A DNA stretch of 38,710 nucleotides from a virus (Duplodnaviria > Caudoviricetes). The stretch spans positions 1 to 38,710 of IMG/VR virus record IMGVR_UViG_3300030433_002664; one strand, given 5' to 3'. Both the position numbers and the translations under genes were made by a program. Shown here one piece after another: positions 15,936 through 25,296 of the stretch (positions are counted from its first letter, which is position 1; every line of letters begins with the position of its first letter). The notes under the pieces were generated by a model. That model saw nothing but the letters and a program-made list of their open reading frames with translations, ran no database searches and had not been told where the DNA came from.

Positions 15936-18900
15936 TTAACGAGCAAGCCCGCCATTAGCTTGGAACGGGTTTTCAGCCACGGCGTAATAGATTAGTGTGT
16001 TGTTGTTGTAGTTGTCTTCACTACCTGCCGTCCGGACCTTAAATCCATTGCTCAAGAAGTCGCAACGCACGTCGTCAGATGGCTCGCCATTGGTGCTGTT
16101 TGCATAGAGTTGATTAACAATCGGGTTATCAGGATCACGAGCGTTGTCATACAGCTTCCAGCTTGAATTTGCCCCTTCAATAAGACGTACCAGGAGAAAT
16201 GCGGGCCTAAATCCTAGGTACACAAATGGACCGTCGGCGCTACCATTGCCTTCAAAGCTACCGATTTTACTATACCCAGAAACCGAAGTAAAGCAGTAAG
16301 CCACCATTGTTCTTGATGACCCATTAATTGCGCTATCTGTACCAAGTGAAAACACTGAGCTTGTTGGCGCGGTGTCGTTCATAAACGACGCATTTTGATC
16401 GGCAGATCTTTGATTTAAACTTTCTAGCATCATATAATAATCTTCAGGCTCAGTTGAGTCCAAATACTCGTGATACACGCGCCAATTATCTGCGAAATTC
16501 CTCCCCTTCAAGATAATCATCTCAGGAGCCGCGTTCAAACCATGCCCAACAGTGCCTGCTGAGCCTGTTCCAGTATAAGTAACAATACTAAATCCAGCAG
16601 AAGGATTTGCTCTGATACTAGAAGTGATGCTGCCGTCAGTGTTGCTGACCGTTGATGATCCGGCGTTCCAAGCCCACACAACCATGGGATTGTTTGAGTA
16701 GTTGACTTGGTAACCACCGCTGTCAGTACCCAAACTAAATCCATCACTGTTGAAAGAAGTTAAAGTCTGTGCGTCTGTGTATTCGCTGTTAGTGCTTTGT
16801 GACCGCAGTCCTTTAGTTGCGCCTCGCACAGTGTCATAAAGGTTGTGGGAGCCAGCTACACGAGGCTTGAACCATAAGAAATCGGGGGCAAATTCATAAC
16901 CCGTGATTGAACGCACATTTGCGTTTGCGGTGTACGTTTTTACGTCAAAATGAGCCGAACCATCGGGAATTGTCGCGGCAGGCAATGCCGTGGTGTTCAA
17001 TGCGGCGTAACCACTAGGCATCGGGTACTTGAACCGCATTTGGCCGAAGTTCACGATGCCTGTAGGGGCAGTACCGAAGGACCCAACAAGGAATGAATAA
17101 GTGCCAGAAATGCCGCTAAAGGCTTGGCCTTGGCTTACGCCGTTTTTGTAAAACGTCAGCGTTCCATTGTCAGCATCAAAAGCCGTACCGATGACATCAC
17201 CATGCGCCAAAGTAGCTCCGTAACTTACACTACTTCCGCCGTTAGTATATTTATTCCCAGTGCCAACGTAAATATAAGAGTCGTTATAGTTGCGAGCGCC
17301 TGGCTTGCGAATACCTGCAAGCTGTCCTGTTCCTGAACGAGAGTAAACAACCTCAAAATAAAACTTGCCAGACGACATGGCTATTGTCGATTCCAACAAG
17401 CAGCCATCATTGCCAGAAGTTGTAAATTCTAAATTCCCATTTGTAAGAGAATTATTGCTGTTGTGCTTATTAAGAGGATTCAACGTCGCATAGTTGCCGC
17501 GCTGATAGCCACCCGTCGTGTCCGTTGCGTCCGCATCTGCAGTTACTGCATTTGGTACGTCAACAAGACAATCCTCATCCGACCCAATTTCGTCATCACC
17601 GATTGCCCAGTAAAGCCAATTACTGTTACTGGTGTCCATATCAGCACCAATCAGCTGAAAACCATTATCTAAAAACTTGACTTGGCGGTTAGCGTGAGTT
17701 TCCTCAGCATTGTGATTGTTTACCTCAAACGTGGTTCTAATGTCATTGTCATCAAGACTCCTTTGTGAGTCGAGTAACATCCAGTTGCCAGCGCCATTGT
17801 ATTTTTTGACAAGCAAGAAACGAGGCTTAAAGCCTGTGATGACAATCGGATCTGATGAATTCGAGTAATAACTGCCAATCCGCTGGTAGCCGGGGACATT
17901 CGCGAAGCAGTAAGCAATAAAACTATCACCGCTTTTGTTAGCAGACTGCGTTGCGCCTATGCTGAAAACTGTAGACGTAGGACTTACGTCATTAAAATGA
18001 TTGGTATCTGTCGCGGTGCTACTTTCATTTAATTGCAGCTTTTGCAAGGGGCCAACAGGAGATGAATACACTGCCCATTCATTTGCACTGTCTTTGCTTT
18101 TAATAATTATTAACTGTGGAACTTTATTTAATCCATGCCCGACAGTCGCTGCAGAGCCTGTGCCGGTATAAGAAACAATGCTAAAACCATACGCAGCGTT
18201 TGCAGACACCGATGAAGTGATGCTGCCGGCAGTGTTAGAAACTGCCGTGCCACTCGCCTTCCAGCAATAGGCAACGTAGTTTTGGTTATTGCCGTTTGTA
18301 TATGACGTACCGTCTGAGCCTTTGGTTACGGTAAAGCCGTCTGAGTTCAAGGAGTTTACATAGCCAAACGTAGTGCCGTCGCTAAGGCTACCTTGTGTAC
18401 CATTGGTGTTACTTGCAAGCGCCTTATTTATACCAACTCCACGAATTGAGTCGTAAAGGGTGTGAGAGTAAGCCGATGACCTGTTCTTCAGCCATACAAA
18501 ATCTGGCTGGAACTTGAGACCTATTCCGGTGCCATCAAGCAGCACAGTGCCATTTATTTCAACTGCATATATATAGTCGTAATTATTTGATCCTGAACCA
18601 GGCTGCCTGTCCCACTCAAAGCTTGTCAGTGTATTTGAGATGTTGGACAGGGCAGTAGAAGAAAAAGAATACCATCCACCTTGACCAAAGTCATAATTGC
18701 TTTCGATGGTCGTGCCATTGAGCTTAATTGTGCCGCCCTGGCCAAAGCTCTTTGAATAAAAACGCAAAGAGGTGACGTTGCTTTGAGAGCCGCCAATTGG
18801 CGTAAATCTAGTGCCGCCTGTGGTGTAGCTGCTGGTAGTCAGATCACCGTTAAAAGCATTGCCTGCATTAGTAACTGTTTGGCTTGAGTCAACAGCTGAC

Positions 18901-21107
18901 AGTGTTTGAGCACTATAAACAGGTCCACCAATCTGTTGCGTTGTATTACCGTTGCCGGTGTAGGTCACAATATCGAACTGCGACTTGCTGGTAGACAAAC
19001 CTTCATTAGTAACAAGGTTGTTTACGTCCCAGTTATTTCCTGGCCGATCCGCAAAAGCTGCATAAATGTAAGTGTCTCCGCTTGTGTTTACTGCTTGGTC
19101 AGAACCGTAGAACTGGAAACCGTCATCTAGAACTTCAATTTTGCGATTTGAATACGAACCCTCAGCAGAACTTGAGTTTGCATATAAATAATCATCGGCA
19201 GGGTTTGTTGGGTTGCGTTCAGTGTCAAAAATTACCCATTCGTTTGCGTCAGTTGTAGTGCATTTAATTAAGACCCAACGCGGCTTGAACCCTAAAGTCT
19301 GCTTGTTACCTGCTGCGCCAGATCCGCTAAAGCTGGAGAATTTGGAATAGCCCGATATTTCGCTCCAGCAATATGCGATGTAGTCATCACCGCTCTCATT
19401 GACTGACCCATCAGTTCCGATGCTAAACAAAGTTGAAGTTGGTGCCGTGTCGTTCCAAGCTGCGCTTGAGTCAACTCTAGTTCCGGTAGTATTCAACCGA
19501 AGGTAGTAATCTTCAGCACTTGCGTCTACACCTTTGTGGTACACAAACCAGTTATAAGCATCATCTAATGTTTTCACTAAAATCCACGCCGGAGCCTTCC
19601 CTAGGGAATGGCCGACAGTAGCATTAGAGCCTGTGCCGGTATATTTTACGACCGAAAAACCATATTCAGTTGACGCGGAGACTTGTGAGGTGATTGTTCC
19701 AGAGGTGTTAGAAACAGCAGCCCCACTCGCTTTCCAAGCCCAAGCAACATAATTGTTGCCATTTTTGTTCATCTCAAGAGATTGAGTCCCTGAAGAGTTT
19801 GCACCAAGAGAAAATCCATCAGGATTTATAGAGGTAACGCCATCAGTTGAGTTAGTGACCAACGCATTTGTTGCGTCTGACATCAACAGGTTTGGCGGCT
19901 GATTGATGACATCGATAAGGTTATGGTTGTGCCCGCTTTGCGTTCTGTCTTTTATCCAAAGCAGCCCAGGCTCAAAAGCCAAGCCACCGACATTTTGAGT
20001 GTTTCCACTGCCGCCAGGAGTAGACGCACCATTACCCGTGTAGGTAACAACATCAAACCCTTTTTTGGGATCAGCGTCAGGAATTGTTGGTGCAGAATCA
20101 AAACCCAGCGCCTCGTTCGTTGAACTATCGCCGAAGTTCAGGTGGAAGCCGTTATGAGAAATTGTTACTCCAGAATCAACCAATAGGACGCCTGAAATTT
20201 TTACATAAGCAATTTGAACGCCGTTTGACGCACCAAGAACTTCAATGTCGCTGAATGAGCTTGGCGGGCTGGTTACAGTCAGACCCACGCCTGACGCGTA
20301 GGAAGTCGTATAAACAGTGCCATCAAGCTTAATGTTGCCGACATTTTCTGACGTACCAACAACAACTGAAGTGACGTTTGTAAATGGATTGTCGGCATCA
20401 ACAATTTTGTGATAGGTGCTGGTGCCATACATGCGTGTTGCTGCACTGTTGTATGCGGTAGACCCGTCAAATCCATAACTATCTGCAGCAGCAGAACTCC
20501 ACGTTTGAGACTGATCAATAGCAGGACCATAGCTGCCGGTATATTCTTTCGGCACCCAAACGCCGTCGCTGCTGCGCGTTTCACCAAAGTCAGTCGGCGT
20601 AAGCGCCTGACCATCGACAAACTGGGCGTCTGCTAACAAAAAGTCGCCATAATTATTTGCGGATGCCCTGTCTCTGCCAATATAAATACCGCCAGCGTTT
20701 AAATATGTTCCTACTGTTTGCGCTTTATCAAGAACACCATTGACGTAGAACTTTAATGTTGTCCCGTCGTTAGTCAATAATAGGTGATACCATGCGCTCG
20801 GATCACGGTAAAGACCGTTAGAAACGAATAAATTTACGTTGTTATTATTTAGCCGAAAACTTCCGTCTGTGTGCTGGTAAAAGAAAAAGCCGTAACTGCT
20901 GTCGGTGACAAAAATATCGTTTCTCGTAGTTGCAACATGTTTGTACCAAAAAGAAAACGAAAACGTAGTTATGTCCGGTATTGTTCGACTAAGCGAAGTC
21001 GAATCACCGCTGTTAAATCTCAGCGACTTGGGGATGACATAGGCGTCATCCCCTGCACCTGCAGCTCCTGAGGCGCCAATTAAAGCGTTGCTGTGGATAT
21101 GAGCCAT
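15936..21107 (-). CDS. Giant modular tail fibre / receptor-binding protein B (paralogue of 9062-14644)
   Basis: Same architecture (SLRFNSGD..LSRT, three beta-repeat units, SPRY SGKFYFEV..GDVIGTAFDADNGTLTFYKNG) but lacks the cupredoxin insert. Confidence 0.85.
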   Translation of the reverse strand: MAHIHSNALIGASGAAGAGDDAYVIPKSLRFNSGDSTSLSRTIPDITTFSFSFWYKHVATTRNDIFVTDSSYGFFFYQHTDGSFRLNNNNVNLFVSNGLYRDPSAWYHLLLTNDGTTLKFYVNGVLDKAQTVGTYLNAGGIYIGRDRASANNYGDFLLADAQFVDGQALTPTDFGETRSSDGVWVPKEYTGSYGPAIDQSQTWSSAAADSYGFDGSTAYNSAATRMYGTSTYHKIVDADNPFTNVTSVVVGTSENVGNIKLDGTVYTTSYASGVGLTVTSPPSSFSDIEVLGASNGVQIAYVKISGVLLVDSGVTISHNGFHLNFGDSSTNEALGFDSAPTIPDADPKKGFDVVTYTGNGASTPGGSGNTQNVGGLAFEPGLLWIKDRTQSGHNHNLIDVINQPPNLLMSDATNALVTNSTDGVTSINPDGFSLGANSSGTQSLEMNKNGNNYVAWAWKASGAAVSNTSGTITSQVSASTEYGFSVVKYTGTGSNATVGHSLGKAPAWILVKTLDDAYNWFVYHKGVDASAEDYYLRLNTTGTRVDSSAAWNDTAPTSTLFSIGTDGSVNESGDDYIAYCWSEISGYSKFSSFSGSGAAGNKQTLGFKPRWVLIKCTTTDANEWVIFDTERNPTNPADDYLYANSSSAEGSYSNRKIEVLDDGFQFYGSDQAVNTSGDTYIYAAFADRPGNNWDVNNLVTNEGLSTSKSQFDIVTYTGNGNTTQQIGGPVYSAQTLSAVDSSQTVTNAGNAFNGDLTTSSYTTGGTRFTPIGGSQSNVTSLRFYSKSFGQGGTIKLNGTTIESNYDFGQGGWYSFSSTALSNISNTLTSFEWDRQPGSGSNNYDYIYAVEINGTVLLDGTGIGLKFQPDFVWLKNRSSAYSHTLYDSIRGVGINKALASNTNGTQGSLSDGTTFGYVNSLNSDGFTVTKGSDGTSYTNGNNQNYVAYCWKASGTAVSNTAGSITSSVSANAAYGFSIVSYTGTGSAATVGHGLNKVPQLIIIKSKDSANEWAVYSSPVGPLQKLQLNESSTATDTNHFNDVSPTSTVFSIGATQSANKSGDSFIAYCFANVPGYQRIGSYYSNSSDPIVITGFKPRFLLVKKYNGAGNWMLLDSQRSLDDNDIRTTFEVNNHNAEETHANRQVKFLDNGFQLIGADMDTSNSNWLYWAIGDDEIGSDEDCLVDVPNAVTADADATDTTGGYQRGNYATLNPLNKHNSNNSLTNGNLEFTTSGNDGCLLESTIAMSSGKFYFEVVYSRSGTGQLAGIRKPGARNYNDSYIYVGTGNKYTNGGSSVSYGATLAHGDVIGTAFDADNGTLTFYKNGVSQGQAFSGISGTYSFLVGSFGTAPTGIVNFGQMRFKYPMPSGYAALNTTALPAATIPDGSAHFDVKTYTANANVRSITGYEFAPDFLWFKPRVAGSHNLYDTVRGATKGLRSQSTNSEYTDAQTLTSFNSDGFSLGTDSGGYQVNYSNNPMVVWAWNAGSSTVSNTDGSITSSIRANPSAGFSIVTYTGTGSAGTVGHGLNAAPEMIILKGRNFADNWRVYHEYLDSTEPEDYYMMLESLNQRSADQNASFMNDTAPTSSVFSLGTDSAINGSSRTMVAYCFTSVSGYSKIGSFEGNGSADGPFVYLGFRPAFLLVRLIEGANSSWKLYDNARDPDNPIVNQLYANSTNGEPSDDVRCDFLSNGFKVRTAGSEDNYNNNTLIYYAVAENPFQANGGLAR
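16960..17051. repeat. 92-bp direct repeat, copy 2
   Basis: See 10899-10990. Confidence 0.95.
17497..17537. repeat. 41-bp exact direct repeat, copy 2
   Basis: See 11442-11482. Confidence 0.95.
19017..19058. repeat. 42-bp direct repeat, copy 2
   Basis: See 12917-12958. Confidence 0.9.
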
Positions 21108-21109
21108 TT

Positions 21110-21925
21110 TTACCTCTTGTAATCACCAGTCCAAACTGCCTGAATTTCTGTCGATGACCGACAAATGTAATCTACACGATCAACAGCATTTGCATCTGTC
21201 GATAACGTGGGCACCGTTGAACCTGAAAATTTCCAGTTATTATTCCAGGCTAGGGTCCTACTACCTGTGCCATCTTGAACGATAAAAATAGATCCACTTT
21301 GACCAGCAACAGCATTAGTAGGAGCACCTACAGTTGCAGTTGTCGCATTCAATGTTACTGTAAAATTATTGCTCAATGACAGGTCAACAGCAATTGTTGC
21401 AGAAGCGTTACTCAAGGTAGTTACTTCTGCAATTGCAGCGGCGTTATAAGTCTTAACTCCGGTAATAGTTTGATTTGCCTCAAGAGTTTGAAGTGTCCTG
21501 GCGACCCCGTTTTCAGCAAGTCCAACAACACCAGATGAAGCCCTATAAAAACCGGTATCTGTGTCATTACTGAATGTAATCGAAGGACCAGAATTGCTTC
21601 CATCAGGGAACTGATCCCCTGCAGTCACATAATCTGCACCGGCAAGCATTACACCGAAAAACGCATGCCCGTTTGCTGGTGCAGAGCTAAATACAATGTT
21701 TGATCCAGAAAGAGTAAAGCCTGCGGAGCCGCTCGGATCTGGCTCTTGGACAACACCATTTACTGATATCAGTAACTGCTGTGGGTTTGATGGAAACGGA
21801 GTGGGGGCCGTGGAACCGATCGTCAGCGCAAAAGTTGTCTGGCTACCATTAAATCCAGAGCTAATATCATCAATAATTCGGTAGCTATTGAAGGCTACTT
21901 TAAGGTCATTACCGATATAAGACAT
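21110..21925 (-). CDS. Virion fibre adaptor protein B
   Basis: MSYIG..IDDISSGFNGS N-domain; DGS..PSITF..DTDTGFY segment; C-domain GQSGSIFIVQDGTGSRTL.W..PTLST.ANAVD. Confidence 0.75.
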   Translation of the reverse strand: MSYIGNDLKVAFNSYRIIDDISSGFNGSQTTFALTIGSTAPTPFPSNPQQLLISVNGVVQEPDPSGSAGFTLSGSNIVFSSAPANGHAFFGVMLAGADYVTAGDQFPDGSNSGPSITFSNDTDTGFYRASSGVVGLAENGVARTLQTLEANQTITGVKTYNAAAIAEVTTLSNASATIAVDLSLSNNFTVTLNATTATVGAPTNAVAGQSGSIFIVQDGTGSRTLAWNNNWKFSGSTVPTLSTDANAVDRVDYICRSSTEIQAVWTGDYKR

Positions 21926-22236
21926 TAATTACTCCCAGTGTTTAAACTTGGTTGTGAGGGCCACTCAATATCTTCTAATCTACCTGAGCTATATGTCTGA
22001 GGAAGGTCTCTCAGCGCTTGTCTATAAGCTGCCCATTGCGCCTGATCGACTGTGCAATCAGGAGTCATCACCCAATCAGAGGCCTTAAGTAAGAGATTTC
22101 TTTTTGTTCGTACAGCCTCCCATGAAGAGTCTGCCATTTCGAGGATTTTCGCCGGGAACGTGACGGCCTCGATCTCTCTCAGACGCTCATTGACATCTTC
22201 GTAATCATGGAGCGTCGATATCGTCGTGAGTGCCAT
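21925..22236 (-). CDS. Phage tail assembly chaperone (Phage_tail_APC-like)
   Basis: WEAVRTKRNLLLKASDW...WAAYRQALRDLPQ...IEWP is the classic signature. Confidence 0.9.
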   Translation of the reverse strand: MALTTISTLHDYEDVNERLREIEAVTFPAKILEMADSSWEAVRTKRNLLLKASDWVMTPDCTVDQAQWAAYRQALRDLPQTYSSGRLEDIEWPSQPSLNTGSN

Positions 22237-22244
22237 CTTCTATA

Positions 22245-22586
22245 TCAAGTCTGATCAAGGAAGCTAATAGAAAGGTCTAGAGCTGTTGCCGTATCTGCAC
22301 GTGCCCTTAAAACATCGCTTGACTCCATGATAATTTTAGAACCAGAAATTACCTCAAGTGAAGAACCTGCAGGTACTGGTGCATTTCTGACCAAGTAAAC
22401 ATCGTCACCCGTATTAGTCACTAAGTAAATATCTACATCTGCACTTGAACCTGACTTGTTAGATACCAGAATGCTCAACAAAACCAAAGTGGATGAACCA
22501 CCTGCCGTAAGAACGTTGCAATTGGTATTGCCAATGACGTCCGTGACAAGGCTCGATTTTGTCTGGACTTTAAAAGTGTTTGCCAT
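22245..22586 (-). CDS. Small virion structural beta-sandwich protein
   Basis: MANTFK...ILVSN...LVRNAPVPAGSSLEVI.G.KI pattern typical of marine phage fibre modules. Confidence 0.7.
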   Translation of the reverse strand: MANTFKVQTKSSLVTDVIGNTNCNVLTAGGSSTLVLLSILVSNKSGSSADVDIYLVTNTGDDVYLVRNAPVPAGSSLEVISGSKIIMESSDVLRARADTATALDLSISFLDQT

Positions 22587-22587
22587 A

Positions 22588-22986
22588 TCAGCCTAGAGCA
22601 ACGATTAGTGCAATGTTAGAGTTTTGAGCCCCCTGGACATCGAGGTCACCTTGGATGATGACGTTCCCTGGGATTGTTACAGCGCCAACTGAATCTATTG
22701 TAAGTCTAGCAACTCCGGCAGTAACAAGGGATAGCTGGTCACTACCAGGACTAATAATCCCTGTGTTGGGATCAGAAGCAAATTTAAGAGCGCAGCTTGT
22801 AAGCGAACCAAGAGATAACTCAGAGTTAGCTCCGTCGGCTGCAAGAAGAGGAAATCCTCCTGCTTTGACTGCGTCGTGAACAATACAAATGTTTTTGTCT
22901 GTATCGACAGTGACTTCACCTGCCGCACCAGTAAATGTTTGATGCTGAGCAGTGGTTCCTCTTCGGAATTGTACTTGGGTTGCCAT
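22588..22986 (-). CDS. Short fibre protein with Mtd-N-like N-terminal domain
   Basis: MATQVQFRRGTTAQH..FTGA.GEVTVDTDK....VHD....GG.PL. Confidence 0.8.
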   Translation of the reverse strand: MATQVQFRRGTTAQHQTFTGAAGEVTVDTDKNICIVHDAVKAGGFPLLAADGANSELSLGSLTSCALKFASDPNTGIISPGSDQLSLVTAGVARLTIDSVGAVTIPGNVIIQGDLDVQGAQNSNIALIVALG

Positions 22987-22990
22987 AGTT

Positions 22991-24172
22991 CTATCCTAAT
23001 GCAACTGCAATTGCGGTAGCAAAACTTTCAGTAGAAATCGTTCCTGTCTCGTTTGGTATTGTTAGGGTTCGTGTAGTAGAACCACTCACTCCCGAGACAT
23101 CGAAGGCAACGACTTTTGAAGTGTCTGCATTGTTCCTTACTCTAAAACCACTGTCATTGGTTAAGACTGCTGTGGAGGTGATTGAGGCAAGCCCTGCAAT
23201 CGTGGTAGCACTTGCTCCCAAAGCAATAGCCGTGGAACCGACAGTGACCGTGCTATTTGCTAGCTTTGAGTTTGGAATAGTGCCTAAATTAAATTCGCCT
23301 GAACTGGAGTCGTAAGACAGTCCAGAGCCTGATACAACACCAAGATGTGCCCGCACCTCCGCTGCACTTGGACCTGTATAAGTAATTACACCTGTTGAGT
23401 TGTCATAAGCAAGGCTGCCGTCACCTCCGCTATCAGTCACAGATACTTGTGCCCGGATATTTGCGGCTGTGACCTTGGTTAATGTAAATGCACCTGTGCT
23501 GCTGTTATATGCCAAAGAACCGAACCCGGTCCCGGAATTAGCCGCACTTAGTGATGAAAGCAGTGCGACCGTGCCCCCAGCATCGGGGAAAACAATTGAA
23601 CGATCCGCCGTGGGGTTGGTGACAGAAACTACAGTCTCATTTGCGTCCGCACCAGACCCCTCAAATGTGATGCCTGAGCTGTCTAGTTTTAAGCTGTTTG
23701 CTGCATCTGCAGCGCCAACGTTTAAAGTTGTGCTAGCTACTAAGGTTGTTGATGTAAGAGACGTGAGTCCGGCAATTGTTGTGGCTGTAGCCCCTAATCC
23801 GATTGCTGTCGAACCAACTGTTAGTGAAGAGCTTGCAAGTGAAGACGTCGGTATGCTTGCAGTTCCAAATTCACCGGTAGAGCTGTCATACGTCAAGCCT
23901 GAGCCGGACGCCACAGATACTTGTCCACGGACATCACTAGCAGATGGTCCTGTATATGTAATTACACCAGAGGTTGAATTGTAAGCTAATGAACCAAATC
24001 CTCCGGAATCGGTGACACTTACAGCAGACCTTGATCTCGCTGTAGTGTGATAAAGATTAGATCCTTCCGATAAATCACTTGTACTATTACCAGCTAGATC
24101 GATCTTATCCGAAGAGCTATTGAGCTCCTGGATCAAACCCGAATTGAGAATGAGAGTTTTTCTCGTCGCCAT
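22991..24172 (-). CDS. Tail fibre shaft protein with internal repeats
   Basis: Duplicated unit SVTDSGG.GSLAY.....GVITYTGPSA..VR...GSGL.YDSS.GEF....IP.S.LA.S..TVGSTAI.LGA.ATTIAGL; S/T/G-rich. Confidence 0.8.
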   Translation of the reverse strand: MATRKTLILNSGLIQELNSSSDKIDLAGNSTSDLSEGSNLYHTTARSRSAVSVTDSGGFGSLAYNSTSGVITYTGPSASDVRGQVSVASGSGLTYDSSTGEFGTASIPTSSLASSSLTVGSTAIGLGATATTIAGLTSLTSTTLVASTTLNVGAADAANSLKLDSSGITFEGSGADANETVVSVTNPTADRSIVFPDAGGTVALLSSLSAANSGTGFGSLAYNSSTGAFTLTKVTAANIRAQVSVTDSGGDGSLAYDNSTGVITYTGPSAAEVRAHLGVVSGSGLSYDSSSGEFNLGTIPNSKLANSTVTVGSTAIALGASATTIAGLASITSTAVLTNDSGFRVRNNADTSKVVAFDVSGVSGSTTRTLTIPNETGTISTESFATAIAVALG

Positions 24173-24244
24173 TTTGAGTTCCTTTTCAGTCTATAAATAA
24201 ATCTATAAACCGTCTGATAGGTCCATCCTATCAAAGGTACAGAT

Positions 24245-24697
24245 TCAAGTAAGAAGTATTGGGCTTGAAAGATTAATGGAAAGCTGAGAATTCTTTGTCG
24301 CTTCACCAATTCTTGTTAAGTATTTGTTTGGGCCAGTTGGAGGCGTATCCGTAATTACTCCATTAACTCCCAAATACACAATATCTCCTGCATTAAGACC
24401 AGAACTCGCACTTATGCCTGTCACAAGCACTCTCACTTCCTGTCCTGCAGTCTTGGTTGCTTGTACTATGCCAACGCAAACTGCTTGATCAAGCGTACCA
24501 TTGTTTGTAGCTTTGCCTACTTTTCCATCGCTTGCTCGCGAGTAAACCGCATCACCCTGAGCAACATCTTCAAAAGCAATCGCACCAAATCCAGCAACAG
24601 AGAACACTGTCCGGCCAGACAGTGTGTCCTTCAAGTCAATCAAAACATCGGATAAACCCCGTGCATTCTGACTGTAAGGTTCGTAATTAGTTGACAT
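24245..24697 (-). CDS. Virion structural protein, DUF2190/cement-like beta-clip (paralogue 1)
   Basis: FEDVAQGDAVY.RASDGK.GKA...V.VLV.G...GD.VYL...G.I..T.P.G...Y.TR.GE is shared with the next gene. Confidence 0.7.
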   Translation of the reverse strand: MSTNYEPYSQNARGLSDVLIDLKDTLSGRTVFSVAGFGAIAFEDVAQGDAVYSRASDGKVGKATNNGTLDQAVCVGIVQATKTAGQEVRVLVTGISASSGLNAGDIVYLGVNGVITDTPPTGPNKYLTRIGEATKNSQLSINLSSPILLT

Positions 24698-25224
24698 TAG
24701 TCAAGAAGAATCGGGTAATTAATTTGAATACTTAGTTCAGTCGTTGTAGCACCTTCGCCAACCCTTGTAACATATTGACCAGAGCCGGACGGAGCTGTAG
24801 TTGCTATGGCACCTGCAGTAGTGCCTAGAAAATAAACGTCGCCTGGATCAATAGCAGACGGATAGTCCAACATACCTGCAACCAGTACTTTTACCTGATC
24901 GCCAGACGAAGCTGCTGTGTCGGCAAAGCCAGCTACTACTGCTTTATCAAGAGTACTGTTTGCGACCGCTTTCCCGGCTTTACCGTCACTCGCTCGTAGG
25001 TAAACTGCATCGCCATCAGCAACATCCTCAAACGTGGTCACGTTGAATCCGACACGCTCAGGAGAAAAGACAGGGAAACCTTCTTTTAAGTCTATAAAAG
25101 CGTCTACAAGGCCTCTATAGTTCGGCGCATATGGATGCCGTGTCTTTGTGAATCCGTTCGCATCGAGAATATCGATAACGACAGCTATGGCGCCTTCTAC
25201 ATTTGGCTCGTAACCTGTGGCCAT
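24697..25224 (-). CDS. Virion structural protein, DUF2190/cement-like beta-clip (paralogue 2)
   Basis: Tandem paralogue of 24245-24697; translationally coupled. Confidence 0.7.
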   Translation of the reverse strand: MATGYEPNVEGAIAVVIDILDANGFTKTRHPYAPNYRGLVDAFIDLKEGFPVFSPERVGFNVTTFEDVADGDAVYLRASDGKAGKAVANSTLDKAVVAGFADTAASSGDQVKVLVAGMLDYPSAIDPGDVYFLGTTAGAIATTAPSGSGQYVTRVGEGATTTELSIQINYPILLD

Positions 25225-25242
25225 ATACGCTATATACTCGAA

Positions 25243-25278
25243 TCTTTATTCTAAATTGATAACCACTTAGAATAAAGA
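25243..25278. promoter_or_regulatory. Perfect 12-bp inverted repeat forming back-to-back divergent TTAGAATAAAGA promoter-like motifs
   Basis: TCTTTATTCTAA (25243-25254), a 12-nt spacer, then TTAGAATAAAGA (25267-25278). Each half lies 18 nt upstream of a divergent ATG. Confidence 0.7.
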
Positions 25279-25296
25279 CATAGAGTTCATCGGTCG

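Noticed and set aside
9062-21107. Invertase-type (shufflon/Gin) tail-fibre switching
   Set aside because: The repeats are direct rather than inverted, both genes have the same orientation, and no site-specific recombinase was seen.
9062-22986. Diversity-generating retroelement (Mtd-N-like domain plus a 92-bp repeat pair)
   Set aside because: No reverse transcriptase is present in the window. Both repeat copies are inside coding genes, the two mismatches are synonymous rather than adenine-focused diversification, and no C-type-lectin variable region was recognised.
23121-23984. Antisense ORFs over the S/T/G-rich fibre gene
   Set aside because: They are in-register antisense shadows of a low-complexity protein.
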